Part shown: in pieces, positions 38,401-46,689 of the stretch
Position numbering within the stretch: position 1 is the first letter of the stretch
Layout of the letters: the number at the start of each line of letters is the position of its first letter
Origin: a virus
Taxonomy: Duplodnaviria; Caudoviricetes
Direction: 5' to 3' (one strand)
IMG/VR virus record: IMGVR_UViG_3300049009_000811
Span: 51,720-115,719 of that record
Length of the DNA: 64,000 nt
Program-made: the position numbers and the translations under genes
Notes under the pieces: generated by a model
Told to the model about the DNA's origin: nothing
Seen by the model: the letters and a program-made list of their open reading frames with translations, nothing else
The model's database searches: none

Positions 38401-41400
38401 GCGGTCGCCGCGGTGACAATCGAGATCGTGAAAGCCGTGCCTCTCCTCATGGTTCTAGGTTCATGGGGCGGGTTGGGGGCTCTAGCCCTCTTGTACGCAG
38501 GTCTGATGTATATCGGGGTCATGACCCTGAACATACTCTCAGCCCCGATAGGTTATTACATCAGGTCTGTCGTGGCTTTCTCGAAATCGGTCGGCTCTTC
38601 GTTGAACCCGAAACAAGCCGCGGAGATGGGTCAGGGAGTCGCCGAGGTGATGCGGGCGGTCGCCGCTGTCACCGCGGAGATCGTGAAGGCTGTGCCTCTC
38701 CTCATGGGTCTCGCCTCGTTCGGCGGGTTGGGAGCCATGGCTCTCCTGTACGCCGGTCTGATGTATCTCGGGGTGATGACACTTAACATCCTCTCCGCCC
38801 CGATAAAGGAATACATCGACTCCGTCGTCAGCTTCTCCAAGTCCGTGGGCGGCAAGCTGAACCCGAGGATGGCTGCCAGCATGGCCAGCGGCGTCGCCGA
38901 GGTCATGCGCGCGTGCAGCCTGGTGGCGGTCGAGATCGTCAAGAGCGCGCACATGCTCACGGCTCTCTCCGTGCTGTACATGTTCTCCGGGATCATGTCG
39001 AGCCTTATGGGCTACGGCACCGAAGCCCTGAAGGTGATGACCCCTCCGATAATGACGTTCCTGGACGAGATAGTGTCGATGTCGAAAAACCTTCAGAAGA
39101 AGGTAAGCATAAAAGAGGCTGCGAAACTCGCGTACCTCATGAAGATGATCGGCGACCTTGTCCGTTCGGTGGCGAGCGTGGTGAACGACCTCTACAAGAA
39201 CATACTACCGCTGATGAAGGTCGGCTGGATAAGCGACTCCATAGTGGTCCAGCTCGAGAAGGCGATGCCGATGTTCCAGGCGTTCTTCGCGAAGGTCGCA
39301 GATTTCGTGAAGGTTGGCATAGTCGACGCCGTGAGGTCGCAGTTCTCCAACATGAAAGACCTGAGGGACGCGGCGAAGAAGATAGACGCGATGGCTCAGA
39401 TACTGAGGCTCGTGGCTCCGGTGATGAAGATAATGTCCGAGAACATCGCCCCGATGACCCAGCCCGGATTCTTCTCCGCCTCGCCGGTCGACAAGATATC
39501 GAAGGGCATGGTCAAGATGGACGGCTTCTTCAGGTCGGTAGCCGAGTTCGTCAGCGACGGCATCATCAAGCCGGTAATGGAAAAAATGTCGGACAGCAAG
39601 GAACTCAAGGAGGTCGCGAGACGGCTGGCGGCTCTGTCCGTCATCCTCCAGAGCACGGCGACCATGATAGAGGCTACAGCCAAGGTCATAGGGTTCATGG
39701 ACCCGACGTCGTTCTTCTCGGACGCCCCGATGGAGAAGATCATGAAGAACAAGGGCAAGTTCAGGACGTGGTTCAACTCCATAGTCGTACTGATAAAGGA
39801 CGGCATAATAGCCCCCGTAGCCCTGATCGGCGACTCCAAGGTGCTGAAGGACACGGCGATGAAGCTGTGCCAGATGTCGTCGATAATGAAGAGCGTGGTC
39901 AGCGTGATAGAGAGCGTCGCCAAGGCGATAGGCATGATGGACCCGAAATACATATTCTTCGATTCCCCGGTCGACAAGATCATGAAGAACAAGGACAAGT
40001 TCAAGGAGTCTTTCATAGCGATATCGAAGTTCATCAACGATGGCATAGTAAAGCCGGTGGTCTCGGAGTTCGGGGACGCCAGGGAGATCACGGTTGCCTC
40101 AGTGATACTGAAGGCTATGGCGAAGGCGATCTGGGCTGTGCCGAGGGTCATAACCGGTCTGGCGGCTGCGATAAGCCTCATGACCGATTCCAAGAGCTTC
40201 TTCAAGGACACCCCCGTCGACAGCATCATGAAGAACAAGGACCAGTTCGGGATTTACTTCAAGTCGATAGCGAAGTTCCTCAAGGAAGGCATCGTGGACC
40301 CAATCCTGGACGAGATGGGCGACGCGAAGGACATACAGACCGCAGCGAAGATACTGAAAGCCATGAACAAGGTCATAACGTACATACCGAAGGTCATACT
40401 CGGCGTCTCCGAGGGTCTGATGCCCCTGATGCTCGGCGGGAAGAGGCTGGAGAAGGACACGCCGTTCGAGACCATACTGGACAACAAGGACCAGTTCGCG
40501 ACATACTTCAGGACGATAGCGAAGTTCCTCAAGGAGGGAATCGTGAACCCCATCCTGGAAGAACTCGGCGACGGCAAGGACATACAGTCCGCGGCGAAGA
40601 CCCTGAGATCCATGAGCAAGGTCATAAATTACATACCGAAGGTCATAAGGGGAGTTTCGGAAGGTCTGATGCCGTTGATGATGTCCAAGGACCTGACGAA
40701 GGACTCGCCGATGGAAAAGATCATGGAGAACAAGGCGGAATTCGAGACGTACTTCAGGTCGATAGCGAAGTTCCTCAAGGAAGGCATCGTGAACCCCATC
40801 CTGGACGAGATGGGCGACGGCAAGGAGATACAGTCCGCCGGGAAGACACTGAGGGCTATGAGCTCGATAGTCAGGATCATACCGTTGCTCATCAGCAGGC
40901 TGTCGAAGGCTTTCGGTCTTATGAAGCCGGAGGACTGCATAAAGGACTCGCCGATAGCGGCGCTGTCCAAGCACGCCTCCGAGTTCGCTGGGTGGTTCTA
41001 CGAGGTCGCCACGTTCATGAGGCACGGGATAGTCGAGCCGTTGCTCGAGGGAGCGGTGTCGCCGGAGGAGATAGTCTCCGCCAGCGAAGCCATAGACAAC
41101 ATCGCTGTCAACATAGAGAACGTTCCGGGATTCGTGTCGAGGCTTTCAACGGCGATATCCGGTCTCATGAACTCGGAATACTTCGACTACAAGATATTCA
41201 AGAACGCAAAGCTGGTCGGCGACTGGTTCGGCGGCATAGCAAGGAGCCTGCTTGACGGGTTCATATACCCGATCAGGGAGATGCCCGACTCGACGGAGAT
41301 GGAGGAACTCAAGAACCGCCTGTATGTCATATCGGACATAATACCCGCGGTGCAGGAGGTCATAGGTCAGCTGGTGGCGAACATAGCCCCTCTCGTGACG

Positions 41401-44154
41401 AACAACAGCTGGTTCTCGGCGTTGCCGATATCGATGCTGGAGAAGCAGACGAGGGTCTTCGGGGATTACTGGATGGGGATATCCGAATTCATCAACCTCG
41501 GGATCGTGCAGCCAATAATCATGAACCTGCCGGAATCCAGGGTGCTGTCGGAAGCCAACGACCGAATAGTCGGGGTCTCAAAAATACTGGCAGTGGTCAA
41601 CGAGGTCGTGGGCTATCTCATGTCGACCATAACCCCGCTCGTCTCGAGCAAGGGCTGGTTCTCCGATTTGCCGATAGTACAGCTAGAGAAGCAGACCAAG
41701 GTTTTCGCCGAGTACTGGAAGCAGATATCGAGATTCCTCAACGAAGGCATCATAAATCCGATCATGAAAAACCTCCCCAACTCCGCGGTCCTCCAGGAAG
41801 CCAACGACAGGATATCCATGACGGTAAGGATCATCGGCAACGTGGTTAACGTCATAAAGAAATTCTCCTCCAGCATCTCGCCGATGATGAAAGGCGGCTT
41901 CATCAACAATTCAGAGATAGCGAACGTGCAGAAAGCCACGAAGGATTTCGGAACATACTGGAACAACATAACGGTGTTCCTGAACAACGGACTGATCAAC
42001 CCCATACTCAACAACCTCCCAGATTCGTCCGAACTCAAAGAGGTTCTCTCGAGAACGGAATTGCTTTCCGACGTAATTGAAAGTGTCAGGACTTCCATGC
42101 TGACATTCATGGAAGTGCTTGCCCCAATGATGGAAGGCGGCATTTCTTCCCCGATATCTGAAATCCAGAAATCCACCGAGGAGTTTGGCGGAAGCTTCAA
42201 AGCCATCGCCACATTCTTAAGGGATGGATTGATAAATCCGATATTGGAAAACATTCCGAACTCAACAGAACTTCAAGAGGCGTTGCTGAGAATAGAATTG
42301 GTCACAGAGATGATCGTCGCAATAAAAACGGCAATGAGCACCTTGTCCGACTCTATCTCGAGTGTTTCGGGAATGGATCTTGGATCTATGAATATTGGAG
42401 ATATAGCTCTCCTTTCCGGGATGTCAAACAGCGTCAAGCCAAAAATTGGCGGTGGCGGAGTTTCTGGTGGTGGATCTATGGGCAGCGGCGTTTCTGGCGG
42501 CGATGCCGTGAAACCGGAAAAATCCTCGTCGAAAGATTTATCCGGCGCGTTGTCGAAAAGCAAACCTGCGGGCGTTTCTGGCGATGCCGTGAAACCGGAA
42601 AAATCCTCGTCGAAAGATTTGTCCGGCGCGTTGTCGGAAAGCAAACCTGCAGCAGGAGCAACAAGCCTTATCGGTGATGGCTTGTCATTGATTGGTTCCG
42701 CAATCGGCGGCGTTGCCAGCGGAGCAGCAAGCATTGTTACTGGAGGCTTGTCATTGATTGGTTCCGCAATCGGCGGCGTTGCAAGCCTTGCGAAAAACAT
42801 TGTCGGCGGAGGCTTGTCACTGGTTGGTTCCGCAATCGGTGGCGTGGCAAGCCTTGCGAAAAACATTGTCGGCGGAGGCTTGTCACTGGTTGGTTCCGCA
42901 ATCGGTGGCGTTGCAAGCCTTGCGAAAAACATTGTCGGCGGAGGCTTGTCACTGGTTGGTTCCGCAATCGGCGGCGTTGCAAGCCTTGCGAAAAACATTG
43001 TCGGCGGAGGCTTGTCATTAGTTGGCTCCGCAATAAGTGGCGTGGCAAGTGGTGCGGCAAGTATTGTTACTGGTGGTATATCAGCAGTTGGCTCCGCAAT
43101 AAGTGGCGTGGCAAGTGGTGCGGCAAGTATTGTTACTGGTGGTATATCTTCAATTTGGGGTGGCATTAAAAGTGTTGGCTCTGCAATAGGCAACGTCGCA
43201 AGTGGAGCAGCAAGTCTTGTTACTGGTGGCATATCAGCAGTTGGTTCCGCGATAAGTGGAACTGCAAGTCTTGCGAAAAACATTGTCGGTGGTGGCTTGT
43301 CACTGGTTGGTTCCGCAATAAGTGGAACTGCAAGTCTTGCGAAAAACATTGTCGGTGGTGGCTTGTCACTGGTTGGTTCCGCAATAAGTGGAACTGCAAG
43401 TCTTGCGAAAAACATTGTCGGTGGCGGCATATCATTGGTTGGCTCCGCAATCGGCGGCGTTGCAAGTGGCGCGGCAAGTCTTGTTACTGGTGGCATATCT
43501 TCAATTTGGGGTGGCATTAAAAGTGTTGGTTCTGCAATAGGCAGCGTTGCAAGTGGAGCCGCAAGTCTTGTCACTGGTGGCATATCAGCAGTCGGCTCCG
43601 CAATCGGCGGCGTTGCAAGTGGAGCGGCAAGTCTTGTCACTGGTGGCATATCAGCAGTCGGCTCCGCAATCGGCGGCGTTGCAAGTGGAGCAAAAAGCAT
43701 TGTTGGTGACAGCTTATCATCAGTTGGCTCCGCAATCGGCGGTGCCGGGTCCGCACTGTGGTCAGGAGTAGAAAAAATGGGATCTTCCGTTTGTTGCGCG
43801 GATCAGGTCGCGGCGGTGCCACCGATGAAAGAGTCGATGAGGGAAAAGGTCGGCAAGGATGTCGTGACTTCCGAGCCTAGCAACACCAACGTGTCCTCGC
43901 CGGAACTGAGCGAGATGAAGGACGAGACCTGCGAGCAGACGAAGATGCAGGAGGAAATGGTCAAGCTACTTACTAGCTTATTGAAGGTGTTCACGCAGCC
44001 AGCTAAAAGCGGGGAAGGCGGCGCGGCTCAACTTGACACCTCGGTCAGGAAAACGGGCTCGAAACCAGCCAAAGACGCGAAATGGCCGTACGGATCACAT
44101 AGCGCGACAGCCGGCAAGCAGATAACGAACATGGGCTCAAGCTCACCTAGATAA
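32401..44154 (+). CDS. tail tape measure protein (3917 aa)
   Basis: Very long Ala/Gly-rich helical repeat protein with hydrophobic blocks, directly upstream of baseplate genes. Confidence 0.85.
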   Translation: MAQISDNLGRVVAAQNTANMTLEQIRDMLGTKLKSPVGEAKSFGKEKSADPALQKISDMFTQYVKDFKADVDDRKTYIDDMKKVLEEIRDKKEQTGKEKKDSTAEAADLSFMEQFAKMAMSATSIYTKDEDARKSLTEISTTLKTMQQSSSTKVESAVSSMVEIKGMDNLEKMALRGMKPGSIYTNDAGVRKVLRKISSTLNKVAEKMGVVSDVEKSIKPPKDPKPPKPPKPPGGKNPSEHLDDIVGKPPVEPKEKKTEKKRDQKFDPYAAKRWADKTEEIISQGLMGIKLTDYISFESLLVQERKLVQETRKIAYEINGATKGSKALTESFDAMGKTSAMTGKTRDEFQKLYVDNLKKGIREAKTAQKITVAQLNTEEQLGMEAQALGDTFSDMNLKLKMNSSQVAEVGRGMREVARNTGMTGKELAGVITSSATFVNNMRKAGTLTTASYKNIVELQANLKKVGEEGGGMMDALSSTNKLLAADSKMFNLLAISASRAGLTTELLNGSITKSKDSLKGMAGGFKSIANQFGIAGETAEEMRKNLEELDDATKRNINISLESALGVEAGQLISQFEAISNSSKTLADKLSDLNAKKKTNITLDEKAGIAEEERKLRLGKSLEVLTALDKAASSATNMGDALQSFSKKRSEFEGDLNALGVAWTSETDVARKAIEGSLQGVNKQLKDAGKKELKIDASQIEKALKDPAAIRELTAQITKAEQEASTASKAQLDPASASAQSLKEINDSIRNLVGGGLSAVFSSAFGGMLATLGLVVSFGAMAVSWLSGIYSYLRSGDQLNNFIQAYEMSGQRKLEETTSKSTQNLNKEATTEGSIYTHDSHSEKILNEILAALRAGKSQAGAGAGTGGGGGFNVTKFDPLKSEHHDLGMSAAKKKDGQLRAAGKSGMSDEAMKKMAAGIAAKKESAIQGGAVGFRDQKKLAAKTGGGEKFNKALERAEENHTKRRIKFQRQEMAHDMRRIKGEKKCDPCPDTKDVDVESPKGSSFIEETMSMLKSIKPQEMLQLGAIIAAMAVGLLILGAAIMFIGTKIIKALNLDLATVAETAAVIVAIGGAAVGIAMASMELIDMLQENKKAIKKISDPKKAKELAKVAGSLALISIATVALGAMIVKVSDMILKGLGLSPASVMETAMVIAELGAATTGIVLASVGTAMVLDNIKKYKMISNPMGTVKTIMNVGKSLLMITGAIILLGAAIMKMSEMILGGLNLNPSAIAATTATIVALGVGVGIIATAVLTAMAGLKLIGGMRQTIEQNMDTMIDGAIILLLFTPAIILLGAAIMKMGEMILGVFDLNAAKAVEISTAVVAVLLGAAIIAGAVGAAMFGLATIGGMWSIISAAITPMTIGAEVLMVATPVILLLGAAIMKMGEMILGAFSLDAAKATEISTAVVAVLMGAAIIAGAVGAAMYGLSALGGMWPIIYAALTPMAIGAGILLVATPVIITLGAAIVAMGDKILGAFDLTAAKATEISTAVVTVLISAAMIAGAVGGAMFGLSALGGMWEIIKRALKPMAKGAMILLVATPIILLLGAAIVAMGDKILGAFDLTAAKAAEISAAVVAVLVAAATIAGAVGAAMFGLSALGGMWSIITGAIPMMALGALVLLVATPAIILLGGAIVKMGEKILGGFGLDAGKAKEIGEAVASIISSAGSIAMTVAKAMVGLALLGTQAAFIWGYVPLMWIGAKTLMMLIPPVLFLGAAIVKMGEFILGVLKLDANKAKEISEAITAVMSAAASITGSVIKSSVMLSIMGALLPVAREIALMALLGVLAFSILSVPLILYVAAVLGFVKAVSAIMNPKTAAEMSQGVTDVMTACRTVTIEIVKSAALLGALGLLSVLGVGAILYAGLMYLGIAALFILSKPIYDYVRTIRDFSKKVGSIINPKLATEMGKGVTDVMTACRDVTLEIVKAVPLLMVLGSWGGLGVLALLYAGLMYLGVMTLNILSVPIEHYISSIVAFSKSVGSSLNPKLAASMGQGVAEVMRAVAAVTIEIVKAVPLLMVLGSWGGLGALALLYAGLMYIGVMTLNILSAPIGYYIRSVVAFSKSVGSSLNPKQAAEMGQGVAEVMRAVAAVTAEIVKAVPLLMGLASFGGLGAMALLYAGLMYLGVMTLNILSAPIKEYIDSVVSFSKSVGGKLNPRMAASMASGVAEVMRACSLVAVEIVKSAHMLTALSVLYMFSGIMSSLMGYGTEALKVMTPPIMTFLDEIVSMSKNLQKKVSIKEAAKLAYLMKMIGDLVRSVASVVNDLYKNILPLMKVGWISDSIVVQLEKAMPMFQAFFAKVADFVKVGIVDAVRSQFSNMKDLRDAAKKIDAMAQILRLVAPVMKIMSENIAPMTQPGFFSASPVDKISKGMVKMDGFFRSVAEFVSDGIIKPVMEKMSDSKELKEVARRLAALSVILQSTATMIEATAKVIGFMDPTSFFSDAPMEKIMKNKGKFRTWFNSIVVLIKDGIIAPVALIGDSKVLKDTAMKLCQMSSIMKSVVSVIESVAKAIGMMDPKYIFFDSPVDKIMKNKDKFKESFIAISKFINDGIVKPVVSEFGDAREITVASVILKAMAKAIWAVPRVITGLAAAISLMTDSKSFFKDTPVDSIMKNKDQFGIYFKSIAKFLKEGIVDPILDEMGDAKDIQTAAKILKAMNKVITYIPKVILGVSEGLMPLMLGGKRLEKDTPFETILDNKDQFATYFRTIAKFLKEGIVNPILEELGDGKDIQSAAKTLRSMSKVINYIPKVIRGVSEGLMPLMMSKDLTKDSPMEKIMENKAEFETYFRSIAKFLKEGIVNPILDEMGDGKEIQSAGKTLRAMSSIVRIIPLLISRLSKAFGLMKPEDCIKDSPIAALSKHASEFAGWFYEVATFMRHGIVEPLLEGAVSPEEIVSASEAIDNIAVNIENVPGFVSRLSTAISGLMNSEYFDYKIFKNAKLVGDWFGGIARSLLDGFIYPIREMPDSTEMEELKNRLYVISDIIPAVQEVIGQLVANIAPLVTNNSWFSALPISMLEKQTRVFGDYWMGISEFINLGIVQPIIMNLPESRVLSEANDRIVGVSKILAVVNEVVGYLMSTITPLVSSKGWFSDLPIVQLEKQTKVFAEYWKQISRFLNEGIINPIMKNLPNSAVLQEANDRISMTVRIIGNVVNVIKKFSSSISPMMKGGFINNSEIANVQKATKDFGTYWNNITVFLNNGLINPILNNLPDSSELKEVLSRTELLSDVIESVRTSMLTFMEVLAPMMEGGISSPISEIQKSTEEFGGSFKAIATFLRDGLINPILENIPNSTELQEALLRIELVTEMIVAIKTAMSTLSDSISSVSGMDLGSMNIGDIALLSGMSNSVKPKIGGGGVSGGGSMGSGVSGGDAVKPEKSSSKDLSGALSKSKPAGVSGDAVKPEKSSSKDLSGALSESKPAAGATSLIGDGLSLIGSAIGGVASGAASIVTGGLSLIGSAIGGVASLAKNIVGGGLSLVGSAIGGVASLAKNIVGGGLSLVGSAIGGVASLAKNIVGGGLSLVGSAIGGVASLAKNIVGGGLSLVGSAISGVASGAASIVTGGISAVGSAISGVASGAASIVTGGISSIWGGIKSVGSAIGNVASGAASLVTGGISAVGSAISGTASLAKNIVGGGLSLVGSAISGTASLAKNIVGGGLSLVGSAISGTASLAKNIVGGGISLVGSAIGGVASGAASLVTGGISSIWGGIKSVGSAIGSVASGAASLVTGGISAVGSAIGGVASGAASLVTGGISAVGSAIGGVASGAKSIVGDSLSSVGSAIGGAGSALWSGVEKMGSSVCCADQVAAVPPMKESMREKVGKDVVTSEPSNTNVSSPELSEMKDETCEQTKMQEEMVKLLTSLLKVFTQPAKSGEGGAAQLDTSVRKTGSKPAKDAKWPYGSHSATAGKQITNMGSSSPR
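42487..43760 (+). repeat. coding tandem repeats within the tape measure (2 x ~28 aa, then many 33/66-bp units)
   Basis: GVSG(G)DAVKPEKSSSKDLSGALS x2; GGGLSLVGSAIGGVASLAKNIV units. Confidence 0.9.
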
Positions 44155-44165
44155 GGGGTTTTGAA

Positions 44166-44729
44166 ATGAAGGCGACAGACAGAACAGGAAAGTTGGTCCC
44201 GATGAGCGATTGCTACATAGAGAGCGACCTTGATGGCAAAAACCTGTACAGCACGAACAGCGGTAAGCTCGTCATGGACAACCTGCCCGACATATCGGAC
44301 GGGAAGACCGCGAACTATACCGCAGAGACCGGCATAGGAAGGAGCGCCCCGTACAAGAATTACGCCTATTCGGAGGAGAGGGCGATAAGCATGGACGTCC
44401 ACATGTTCGTCCAGAGCGAGAGCGGCGGTCAGTCGGCGAGCGCCATACTCAACACGATAAGATGGCTCGAGGCTCACGTCTATCCGATGGAGGAGGAAAG
44501 CACGACATACGCGCCGCCGCCCATCATGAAGGTGAAATGCTTCGGTATTTTGTCCGATGACGAGCTTTGTTGCGTCCTGAAGAGCTACAGCGTCAAGTTC
44601 GACCCTTCAGTTCCGTGGGACGAGGAGACCGGTATACCCTACAAGGTGGACATATCCCTGTCGCTTGAGGTCGCGTATCCTTCGGCGGACCTTCCGTATG
44701 CAGAAGATATAGTGGACAACGGCGGGTGA
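44166..44729 (+). CDS. tail tube initiator / baseplate tube-like protein
   Basis: GRSAP..Y..S..R.I...; PPP..V..G; SVKFD...W; position after the TMP. Confidence 0.7.
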   Translation: MKATDRTGKLVPMSDCYIESDLDGKNLYSTNSGKLVMDNLPDISDGKTANYTAETGIGRSAPYKNYAYSEERAISMDVHMFVQSESGGQSASAILNTIRWLEAHVYPMEEESTTYAPPPIMKVKCFGILSDDELCCVLKSYSVKFDPSVPWDEETGIPYKVDISLSLEVAYPSADLPYAEDIVDNGG

Positions 44730-44787
44730 TGAATCGACTAGGTCGTCTTTCGTAAACCAACAACAGGAATCAAAGAGAGCTGATAAA

Positions 44788-45114
44788 ATGGCAAACAAAA
44801 TAGAAAAAAACAGAATATTCGCCTCGACGTTCGTGCCGGTAGGCAGCAGGTACCATAAATCCGACGTCATCTACTACGGCGAGAACAAGTACATAACCTA
44901 CCCGATATACAAGAAGGAAGAAAACGTCGATTCCGACAAAAAGAGCAAGTACACCGTGATAAACAAGTCCTCCGAGTTCAGACCTGACCTGATATCCGCG
45001 GAGTTCTACGGCAGCACCATGTTCTGGTGGAAGATCATGGAGTCCAACGGGATAAAGGACATATACGACTTCAAGTCAGGCTTGAGCATACGAATACCAT
45101 CTAACGTCATATGA
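44788..45114 (+). CDS. baseplate wedge gp53/LysM-like protein
   Basis: RPDLISAEFYGSTMFWWKIMESNGI...IRIP. Confidence 0.85.
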   Translation: MANKIEKNRIFASTFVPVGSRYHKSDVIYYGENKYITYPIYKKEENVDSDKKSKYTVINKSSEFRPDLISAEFYGSTMFWWKIMESNGIKDIYDFKSGLSIRIPSNVI

Positions 45115-45121
45115 GGTTTCA

Positions 45122-46609
45122 ATGGCTTGCACGTACGGCAAAGATGTTTTGAATTTCCTCAAATGCGGCACTCCAGAGGAGCCGCCAGAAGGCAACATAT
45201 ACCTTCCATATGTCGAGATAAAGATAAAGGACCTGCACCTTTACTGCGGCAACGAGTCGTATTTCCCAGACCCGCACAAGATGGCCATAAAATCAATGAA
45301 TTTTGGCGTGTCGAGCGGAAACGGAGGATTGGATGTCGACTTCGTGATCATAGCGGAAGGGTCGAAAGGATACAAGAGGCTGGTAAAGCTCCTGAACAAG
45401 TCCATCAAGCTGGCCAAAGACGAATACAATGAGGCCATGTTTCGTTTCGGATGGCAGACGAAGAAATGCGATGATGTCTATGCCCCCAAGGATTCGGCGC
45501 CGCCCCTCTCCCCTTGGATATACGTTCTTCCGCTCGAACTCAGCACGGACATAGACAACGGCATAGCGACATGCAAGCTCAAGTGCAAGGACATACTGCA
45601 AAGGCACTTCGTGAGGAGGATCGTCAGGAATGAGGGGGATGACGCAAACACGTCGACGTTGAAGGAAGCCGTGGAGCATGTTTGCATGAACAACGATCCA
45701 GAGTTAGAAGTGGAGTTCAGGAACAAGGATTTGGGAGACTTGGAATTCGAGTTCGCCCCGGGCGGAATCAAGGCTGTGTGGCAGGCTAACGAACTGCCTT
45801 TGTTGTCGACATTGAGGAACTGGCTCAGCGTGATAAGGACCAAGGACGAAAAGGGGATTTTCTTCATGTACGACCCAACCGAATCAAATCCCAAGCTGAT
45901 CATACAGGAGGACATGAAGTGCGGCAACGGCGAGAACTGCGATTGCGACGGCGTCATAGCAAGCTATATAGTCAACGGGGGGAATTGCAGCCCGGTCATA
46001 TCCTTCAAGCCGACCATAAACTGGATTCTTGACGGCGGAGGCTACGGCGGGCACGGCGGGTCAAGCAAAAGCGGCGAATTCAAGTCCGCGGAAGTGGATC
46101 CAGAGGCAAAACCGAAAGAGGCTTCAGGGTCGGGAGTCGAGACCCCAGCGAGGAGCGAGCTGAACTACCAGATATCCCCCGGAGACGTCGCCAAGGTAAC
46201 GAAAGACAGCGAAGCTGCCCATACCACGGCAAACAAGGATTTCGACCAATCGCAATCCATCAAAGGAGAGCTTATACTCATAGGCGACGCGAGCTACCAT
46301 TCGTTCGTGCAAAATGTGGCGAGGTTCGTGTCGATACTCGTGCTTAGCCCATATGCCATAGAGTCTTCCGAAGGGGAGTGCACATGGATCGCAAACCCGA
46401 ACATCAACACCGTGCTATCGAACCGCAAGTGGATGATCAAGGGCGCTAGCCATGAGATAGAAGCCGGGAAATTCATAACCAAACTGACCGTCGAGTTGGC
46501 GATGCCAAACGGGGAGTTGAAGGCTACAGACCCAGCAGGAGGTCCGGGGTCCGGCGGGGATATGTACGAGAATACCGGCAACGGGGAATACGAGGGCGAT
46601 CCGGTCTAG
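45122..46609 (+). CDS. baseplate hub protein (gp27/late-control-D-like)
   Basis: FGW motif, IGD, W.IKG.SH.I..G.F.T.L at the C-terminus; synteny. Confidence 0.65.
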   Translation: MACTYGKDVLNFLKCGTPEEPPEGNIYLPYVEIKIKDLHLYCGNESYFPDPHKMAIKSMNFGVSSGNGGLDVDFVIIAEGSKGYKRLVKLLNKSIKLAKDEYNEAMFRFGWQTKKCDDVYAPKDSAPPLSPWIYVLPLELSTDIDNGIATCKLKCKDILQRHFVRRIVRNEGDDANTSTLKEAVEHVCMNNDPELEVEFRNKDLGDLEFEFAPGGIKAVWQANELPLLSTLRNWLSVIRTKDEKGIFFMYDPTESNPKLIIQEDMKCGNGENCDCDGVIASYIVNGGNCSPVISFKPTINWILDGGGYGGHGGSSKSGEFKSAEVDPEAKPKEASGSGVETPARSELNYQISPGDVAKVTKDSEAAHTTANKDFDQSQSIKGELILIGDASYHSFVQNVARFVSILVLSPYAIESSEGECTWIANPNINTVLSNRKWMIKGASHEIEAGKFITKLTVELAMPNGELKATDPAGGPGSGGDMYENTGNGEYEGDPV

Positions 46610-46689
46610 GCTGATTCTGCGTCAGAGTCGGCAAGTCGCATGGGCGTAGGAAGAGGCGTAAATTCAAATTTTTCAGAAGGCAGCAACAA

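Noticed and set aside
35322-43700. Long antisense and alternative-frame ORFs within the tape measure (569, 526, 780, 475 aa)
   Set aside because: Expected from GC3 bias and repeats; no SD, motifs or paralogous conservation, unlike the nested MTase beta ORFs.
42660-43760. Possible CRISPR array or DGR template/variable repeats
   Set aside because: These are coding tandem repeats in the TMP; differences are not adenine-specific and there is no reverse transcriptase in the window.
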